From: an uncultured Methanosarcinales archaeon
GTDB taxonomy: Archaea; Nanobdellota; Nanobdellia; Woesearchaeales; GW2011-AR9
Direction of reading: 5' to 3'
Length of the DNA: 64,000 bases
NCBI GenBank assembly: GCA_964343575.1
Contig: CAYFJV010000001.1
Coordinates: forward strand, 1-64,000
In this document: piece after piece, positions 59,117 to 64,000 of the stretch
How positions within the stretch are numbered: the first letter of the stretch is position 1
How the letters are laid out: each line of letters starts with the position of its first letter
Program-made: the position numbers and the translations under genes
The notes under the pieces: model-generated
The model's input: only the letters and a program-made list of their open reading frames with translations
Told to the model about the DNA's origin: nothing
The model's database searches: none

Positions 59117-59725
59117 CTAACTTCTACTCTCTAGATAGACAGAAGTTACCACGCATCTTCCACTATTGATGTCTTCATCTGTTACAAGAGCATCAAGCAC
59201 CCCGTCACAGATCATGACGCTTCTATCAATTGCACAAAGACTAAAGGTTTTGTCAACTTCTGCGCTGTACATGTATTCAAAAGGTAAGATGTCTTCTGGG
59301 AGAAGTGGGTCTTGACTTCCATCATCTGTGTAGACTAACTCTAAATCTGGAAAGTCTGATCGGACATCTAAGGCAGAATCTATGTCATGAAGGTTTTGGT
59401 AAGCATCGTCTAGCCTCTCTTGAGCAGTTTTTCCATTGACTAGTTGCTCTTCACTAGTTGTATCTGTATCCTCTTCTACTTCTTCAACTTGCTCGGCTTC
59501 TTCTTCTTTCTCTTCAGTTTCCTGTTCGAGCTCTTCTGTTGCTACTTGAAGTTCTTCAAGGATTTCTTCTGTCTCTGAATCTGTTGCAGTGATCTCTTCA
59601 TCTGTTGCTTCAAAACCTTGTTCTTCTAACTCAGTAGTCTCTTCAATGCTACAGCTGCTCAGTAAGATGAGTAGGAAAAGAAGAATGCAGCTTACGATCC
59701 CAATGCCTAATACCTTCATATTCAT
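59117..59725 (-). CDS. acidic putative lipoprotein
   Basis: Signal peptide with lipobox LLSSC, Glu-rich linker and C-terminal Cys-containing domain. Confidence 0.7.
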   Translation of the reverse strand: MNMKVLGIGIVSCILLFLLILLSSCSIEETTELEEQGFEATDEEITATDSETEEILEELQVATEELEQETEEKEEEAEQVEEVEEDTDTTSEEQLVNGKTAQERLDDAYQNLHDIDSALDVRSDFPDLELVYTDDGSQDPLLPEDILPFEYMYSAEVDKTFSLCAIDRSVMICDGVLDALVTDEDINSGRCVVTSVYLESRS

Positions 59726-59870
59726 AGCTTTTTGAAAAATCTCTTTGTTTATAAAGGGTTGGGGAAAAGTATATAAGGGCTTTTTGTTTTTTTGAGAATA
59801 GTTTTGAAGGTTTAAAGCACTCAAAACTTAAAAATAAAAATAGAAAACGAAATAAAAAGAGGTGTCTTTC

Positions 59871-60023
59871 ATGGAACAAAAAATTACTCCTTGGTTATGG
59901 CTTTTGGTTGCTTTAATGTGGCTTCTACCACTTGTTGGTGTAGGAACCAGTACTTGGGGCCCTTGGCTAGCTACTCTTGCAGTTGCAGGTGTAGGAGTCC
60001 TGGGACTTATGGGTAAAGAATAA
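59871..60023 (+). CDS. 50-aa two-TM microprotein (absent from ORF track)
   Basis: GAGGTG SD; MEQKITPWLWLLVALMWLLPLVGVGTSTWGPWLATLAVAGVGVLGLMGKE*. Confidence 0.7.
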   Translation: MEQKITPWLWLLVALMWLLPLVGVGTSTWGPWLATLAVAGVGVLGLMGKE

Positions 60024-60102
60024 GTCTAACTTTTTTGTTGGATTATTTTTTACTTTTTTTTCTTTCTCTTTTTGTTTGCTCGCTTTCTTCTTGGTTTCTC
60101 TC

Positions 60103-62070
60103 TTAGACTAGATAGATCCCTTCTAAGGCTTGTGTGACAATGCCTTGACAGTTTTCCATTTTAGTGATGAGTTCGTGGTCCATGGTGGCTTTTCTAATCT
60201 GGCCTATGCGATCAATGATCTGACCAAAGAAACGAATGAGATCCCCTTCAAGAAGATTGGTATTTTGTAGAAGGTCAAAGAAAGTCTTTCCTTGATAGAT
60301 TGGCTGAATAAAACCAGTGACTAAGTCCATGTTCTCAAACTTTTTTTCTTTGTAGAGCACAGAAGAATTGTTTATTTTGTTTCTGAGTTCTTTATATCCT
60401 TTATTGAGGAACTTCTTTTTAATCTGAGTCTTTTCTCTGTGCTCGTAGACGAGTGTTCCGAGCAGCAGCAAGAGCTTGTATTCATCAAGATCCTTGTAAA
60501 AATCTGTTGCAAAAATCTCTCCAAGAGTAATCTCATCAACAAAGACTTTACTGCTAAACTTTCCTTTCTCAGTGAGTTTCATTTCTTCAGTTAGGAAGTT
60601 GTGCTTTTTGAGCTTCTTTACGATTCTTTTGTAGCGAAACAAGAGCTTGTCAGTTGGAGTTTCTAAGAATTGTTCTCCAAACTTTTGATAAGAGAAAAAA
60701 CTAAGTCGAAGCGTGTGTTCAATTTCTTCTTCGCTACGTTGGTCAATGAGGTTGAGCGCCGTATTTACTGAAAGCTTAAATTGAGATTTTATAGGCTCAA
60801 CATCTTTGTAGGTGAGTTTTTTTACCTGCCAATAATTAAAAGTTGGACGATAAATCATGGAGACGACCATCCCTTCTTTATCAATACCTCGCCGTCCTGC
60901 TCTTCCTGCAATCTGAAAATATTCTTTGGTGTTGAGCAGGCGAAAGTTAATACCATCGTACTTTCTCAGATCTGCAAAGCACACTGTTTTTGCAGGCATG
61001 TTAATTCCTACTGCAAAAGTCTCAGTGGTGTAGAGTACTTTGATGAGTCCTTGAGAGAAAAGATCTTCAACAAGTTCTTTTACTACTGGGAGGAGCCCTG
61101 CGTGATGAAAGGCAATACCAAAACTCAATGCTTCTCTTAGGGTTTGAGTTGAAGGAAGCTTGGTAACTTCGCTTGGCCAATCTTTTATTGCTTTGCTTGC
61201 CTGACTAATGATTTCAGTATTTTTTTTGTAGATCCCTGAGCGCGCAAGTTCTTTTGCTTTTTGTTGACAATCTTTTCTTGAAAAGCTGAAGAAAAGGCAA
61301 GGGGTTTTTTCTGGACCAAGCTCTTTGAGTAAATCAATATGGTTTGGTTTTGCAATGTGTAGTTTTTGTCTTCCTCTTCCTTTTTTTGTTCTATTCTTAA
61401 AGATCTTATTGTACCTTGGAATCTTTCTGTCCTCTTCAATTGCTCGCTTGATCTTTTTGAGATCATCAGCAAGACCAGTTTCAACATCATAAAAGTAATG
61501 CTTAAGGGGAACTACTCGAAAATCTGAAGTTACTGTTTCTACTTCATGGTGTTTGATTGCTTGAATCCAGCTGGAGAATTCGTGAGCGTTTGGAATGGTT
61601 GCACTCAGGCAGAGAAATCTGACGTTTTCTGGACTGTAGATGATACTTTCTTCCCAAACATAACCTCGCTCTCTATCGTTGATGTAATGTACTTCATCAA
61701 AGACCACGTAAGCAACGTCTTTGACACAGTCATCATCAATGACCGTCATGTTTCTATAGATCTCTGTGGTCATAATGACAATTTTTGCAGTTGGATTGAT
61801 GACAATGTCCCCGGTCATGAGCCCTACATTTTGCTCGCCAAACTCTTCAGAGAAGTCTTTGTACTTTTGGTTTGAGAGTGCTTTGATCGGGGCTGTGTAG
61901 ATGATTCTTTTGCTTTTATCTTTTTGATGTTTGTGGATGATATACTCTGCAATAAGGGTTTTTCCACTCCCGGTTGGAGCTGAGACAACCACAGAGTGAT
62001 TTTTTTCGATCGCTAGAATTGAGTTCTCTTGAAAAGGATCTAGGGTGAGCCCTTTGAATTTCATTGACAT
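60103..62070 (-). CDS. Ski2-like DExH helicase (HelY/Mtr4 type)
   Basis: APTGSGKT, PIKALSNQKY, MTTEIYRNM, DEVH, LSAT, TETFAVGINMPA and QIAGRAGRRG. Confidence 0.93.
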   Translation of the reverse strand: MSMKFKGLTLDPFQENSILAIEKNHSVVVSAPTGSGKTLIAEYIIHKHQKDKSKRIIYTAPIKALSNQKYKDFSEEFGEQNVGLMTGDIVINPTAKIVIMTTEIYRNMTVIDDDCVKDVAYVVFDEVHYINDRERGYVWEESIIYSPENVRFLCLSATIPNAHEFSSWIQAIKHHEVETVTSDFRVVPLKHYFYDVETGLADDLKKIKRAIEEDRKIPRYNKIFKNRTKKGRGRQKLHIAKPNHIDLLKELGPEKTPCLFFSFSRKDCQQKAKELARSGIYKKNTEIISQASKAIKDWPSEVTKLPSTQTLREALSFGIAFHHAGLLPVVKELVEDLFSQGLIKVLYTTETFAVGINMPAKTVCFADLRKYDGINFRLLNTKEYFQIAGRAGRRGIDKEGMVVSMIYRPTFNYWQVKKLTYKDVEPIKSQFKLSVNTALNLIDQRSEEEIEHTLRLSFFSYQKFGEQFLETPTDKLLFRYKRIVKKLKKHNFLTEEMKLTEKGKFSSKVFVDEITLGEIFATDFYKDLDEYKLLLLLGTLVYEHREKTQIKKKFLNKGYKELRNKINNSSVLYKEKKFENMDLVTGFIQPIYQGKTFFDLLQNTNLLEGDLIRFFGQIIDRIGQIRKATMDHELITKMENCQGIVTQALEGIYLV

Positions 62071-62130
62071 ATTGGGTTCTGAGAAGGGGAGTTGGGGTTA
62101 TAAGGGTTTCTGTGTTTTCTTTACTGTGTT

Positions 62131-62670
62131 TTATCTATATAAGCGATAATCAAGCGTTGAGAAATAATTTTGTGTTCTGCGATCCATTTCAAATCTAGTT
62201 AACTCGCCTATGAGTTTGTTAAAATTCCCTGTGCCTGACCATCCGCCGTTTTTCATCCAAGCATCTAAGACAAGTCCCGCTTGGACTTGTGATCTTGTTG
62301 TGTATTCTTTTCCAATGGTAATCTCAATAGATCTTGCTGCTCTTTGAGATGCGATATGGTGGATCTTAAGGAGTGCATGTGTTCTTGCAAACATTTGAAA
62401 CCCACCTTGGCTTCTCCCAGAGACTATGCCTACTTTATCTGAATATTCCCTTATCTCTTGGATAATTTCTTCTTCACCGAATGGGTTGGTTCTAGTGTAA
62501 ACGTGATTAATGCAACTTACGCATCCCATCTCTCTTCCTTGTGCTATTAGCTCTGAATTTTCTGGTTGCCTACCTACAAGGATAAGTTCAGGAAGCTCTA
62601 TTGTTTCAGGTGAAGTTCCTAGTGCGCGAGAAAAATTTCCAGAAACCTTGTTCATTCTACCAGAAAGCAT
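62131..62670 (-). CDS. hypothetical protein (Lys-poor orphan)
   Basis: 179-aa ATG ORF, Arg-rich. Confidence 0.6.
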   Translation of the reverse strand: MLSGRMNKVSGNFSRALGTSPETIELPELILVGRQPENSELIAQGREMGCVSCINHVYTRTNPFGEEEIIQEIREYSDKVGIVSGRSQGGFQMFARTHALLKIHHIASQRAARSIEITIGKEYTTRSQVQAGLVLDAWMKNGGWSGTGNFNKLIGELTRFEMDRRTQNYFSTLDYRLYR

Positions 62671-62750
62671 TGGTGTTTTGCCAAAGTGCCTTCATAAAAT
62701 GATTTGCCCGCAATTCTGTGGTTTTTGTGTTTTTTGCTTTAGTCAAGATT

Positions 62751-63080
62751 CTAATTAAAGAGATCTAAAACGCCACTTTGAGCGAGTACTGCAATGGTCA
62801 GACCAAGAATAATAAGAAAGGAGTAGAGTATTCTGAGCTCGAATGCTTCTGCTTTGAGTTCTTTGTCTTTGTAGCTTTTGATAAAAATAGCATGGTAAAG
62901 AAAAACTCTCCCTCTGATTACTGCTAGAGTACTCACCCGATCACCTCTCATTGGCGGATCCCACTCTTTGTAGTAGGAAGTTTCTTTACTCATAACTTGC
63001 TTAAGAAATTTCAGATACCTTCCATGGATGAGTAAGGATAAACAAAGGAGTACAAAAAAAACAATAAAAAATTTTTCCAT
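62751..63080 (-). CDS. two-TM membrane protein
   Basis: Hydrophobic termini; starts 2 nt after the upstream stop. Confidence 0.65.
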   Translation of the reverse strand: MEKFFIVFFVLLCLSLLIHGRYLKFLKQVMSKETSYYKEWDPPMRGDRVSTLAVIRGRVFLYHAIFIKSYKDKELKAEAFELRILYSFLIILGLTIAVLAQSGVLDLFN

Positions 63081-63082
63081 TT

Positions 63083-63568
63083 TTAAGAGAAAGACATCAT
63101 CTTTTCCTTCTTTGCCTTCTTAAGATGGTTTACAAAGGTAATCCACAGTGTTACTCTTACAATGGTACCAACAGTAATGATCACAAAGGCGAATGTGCTT
63201 CCTGCTGCTATAAAGAAAGCACCTGCATTCGTGAAAGAATCTTGCGCTATTAAAAAAGAAGTGATTAAGACTTCTGTAATACTCTTGATGATCGCCGCAC
63301 TGAAGGCAATGTGTGTCCATGAGATTACATCTTTCTTTACTCTGTAGAGTTTTAGAAAGTAGATAATCATTATTGGTGTGTAGATCAGCGCAATCAATGC
63401 TGTTGCCATAGAAAAGCTTAACGTTGTGCTAGGAACAGTTCCAAGAAGAAAAAGAACTGTGGAAATAATGCTTGTAAAAATAGAGGAAATACCTTGCAGT
63501 ATGGCAATCCCTACTAGAACTAACATTATAATCGTAAATGTTGTTTTGCTTGTTTTTTTCGTTTTCAT
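63083..63568 (-). CDS. four-TM membrane protein
   Basis: AGGTGA SD; four hydrophobic segments. Confidence 0.7.
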   Translation of the reverse strand: MKTKKTSKTTFTIIMLVLVGIAILQGISSIFTSIISTVLFLLGTVPSTTLSFSMATALIALIYTPIMIIYFLKLYRVKKDVISWTHIAFSAAIIKSITEVLITSFLIAQDSFTNAGAFFIAAGSTFAFVIITVGTIVRVTLWITFVNHLKKAKKEKMMSFS

Positions 63569-63580
63569 TTTCTATCACCT

Positions 63581-64000
63581 TCAATTTGATTCAGTCCAAA
63601 TTGGAAGCTCAACCCATCTCTCTGTTGGAGAGTATGTGATTCTTGCTTCTCTACTTGGACAATCATTTGGTTCTATATTAATGATTGTTTCTAAAGTACC
63701 GTCTTGTGGTTGACTCTCACTAAAGGTAAGGTTGTGGTGTTTTCCTGAAACGTCAAAGAACTCTCCATTTGGGTTGGAGTTCCCTTCACTTGCTTCAACA
63801 TTGAATGAAATAGATCGTCCATTGTAGTTGATGTCAGTTGAATGGTTCTTTGTTAAGAAGATTTCATAATCTCTATGTGAAAAAACTCTGCTGCTGGTGT
63901 TCATGTCTATGTAAAATGTGTTTGTATACAGACAAGTTCTATCTGAAAATTCATTCACAATCAGAATCTCCGCATCCACTTCGAATTCTTCTTGGTTTAT
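63581..64000 (-). CDS. hypothetical protein, 5' end outside the window
   Basis: Frame stays open up to base 64000. Confidence 0.65.
   Translation of the reverse strand: MNQEEFEVDAEILIVNEFSDRTCLYTNTFYIDMNTSSRVFSHRDYEIFLTKNHSTDINYNGRSISFNVEASEGNSNPNGEFFDVSGKHHNLTFSESQPQDGTLETIINIEPNDCPSREARITYSPTERWVELPIWTESN

Noticed and set aside
3600..63713. Numerous short antisense or alternate-frame ORFs overlapping long genes
   Set aside because: These are shadow ORFs with no motifs or expression signals.
3297..64000. Alternative genetic code or programmed frameshifts
   Set aside because: Conserved genes are full length under code 11 and all three stop codons terminate genes normally.

Overview
AT-rich archaeal chromosome segment, most consistent with a DPANN (Woesearchaeota-like) genome. 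The evidence is an archaeal 23S rRNA, a BHB-intron tRNA-Gly, archaeal LeuRS, a ThrRS editing domain, CDC48, ZPR1, oapABC, deoxyhypusine synthase, and many TATA boxes about 22-28 nt before ATGs (leaderless genes). The taxon is inferred from gene content only. The window holds the 3' end of an apparently interrupted tRNA-Ala, an intact 23S rRNA with no adjacent 5S, a polyamine/hypusine operon, an ISC/NIF-type Fe-S operon with a regulator and palindromic operator, a tRNA-Gly(UCC), an SRP RNA, and housekeeping, repair and transport genes. No CRISPR array, integrase, transposase or provirus was seen. The most unusual signals are: (i) about 13 scattered Lys-poor/Arg-rich orphan genes, several resembling degenerate signalling or modifying enzymes, some inside conserved operons; (ii) two unannotated micro-ORFs sharing a FhuF-like CC-x8/9-CxxC motif; (iii) an SRP RNA apparently lacking helix 6 with a UGAC tetraloop; (iv) a ~190-nt multi-stem intergenic element sharing a GAGYGAAGCGA motif with the tRNA-Ala insertion; (v) a ThrRS with an archaeal editing domain plus a dead bacterial-type editing domain. 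Product calls rest on motif recognition by eye, and start sites are best guesses.
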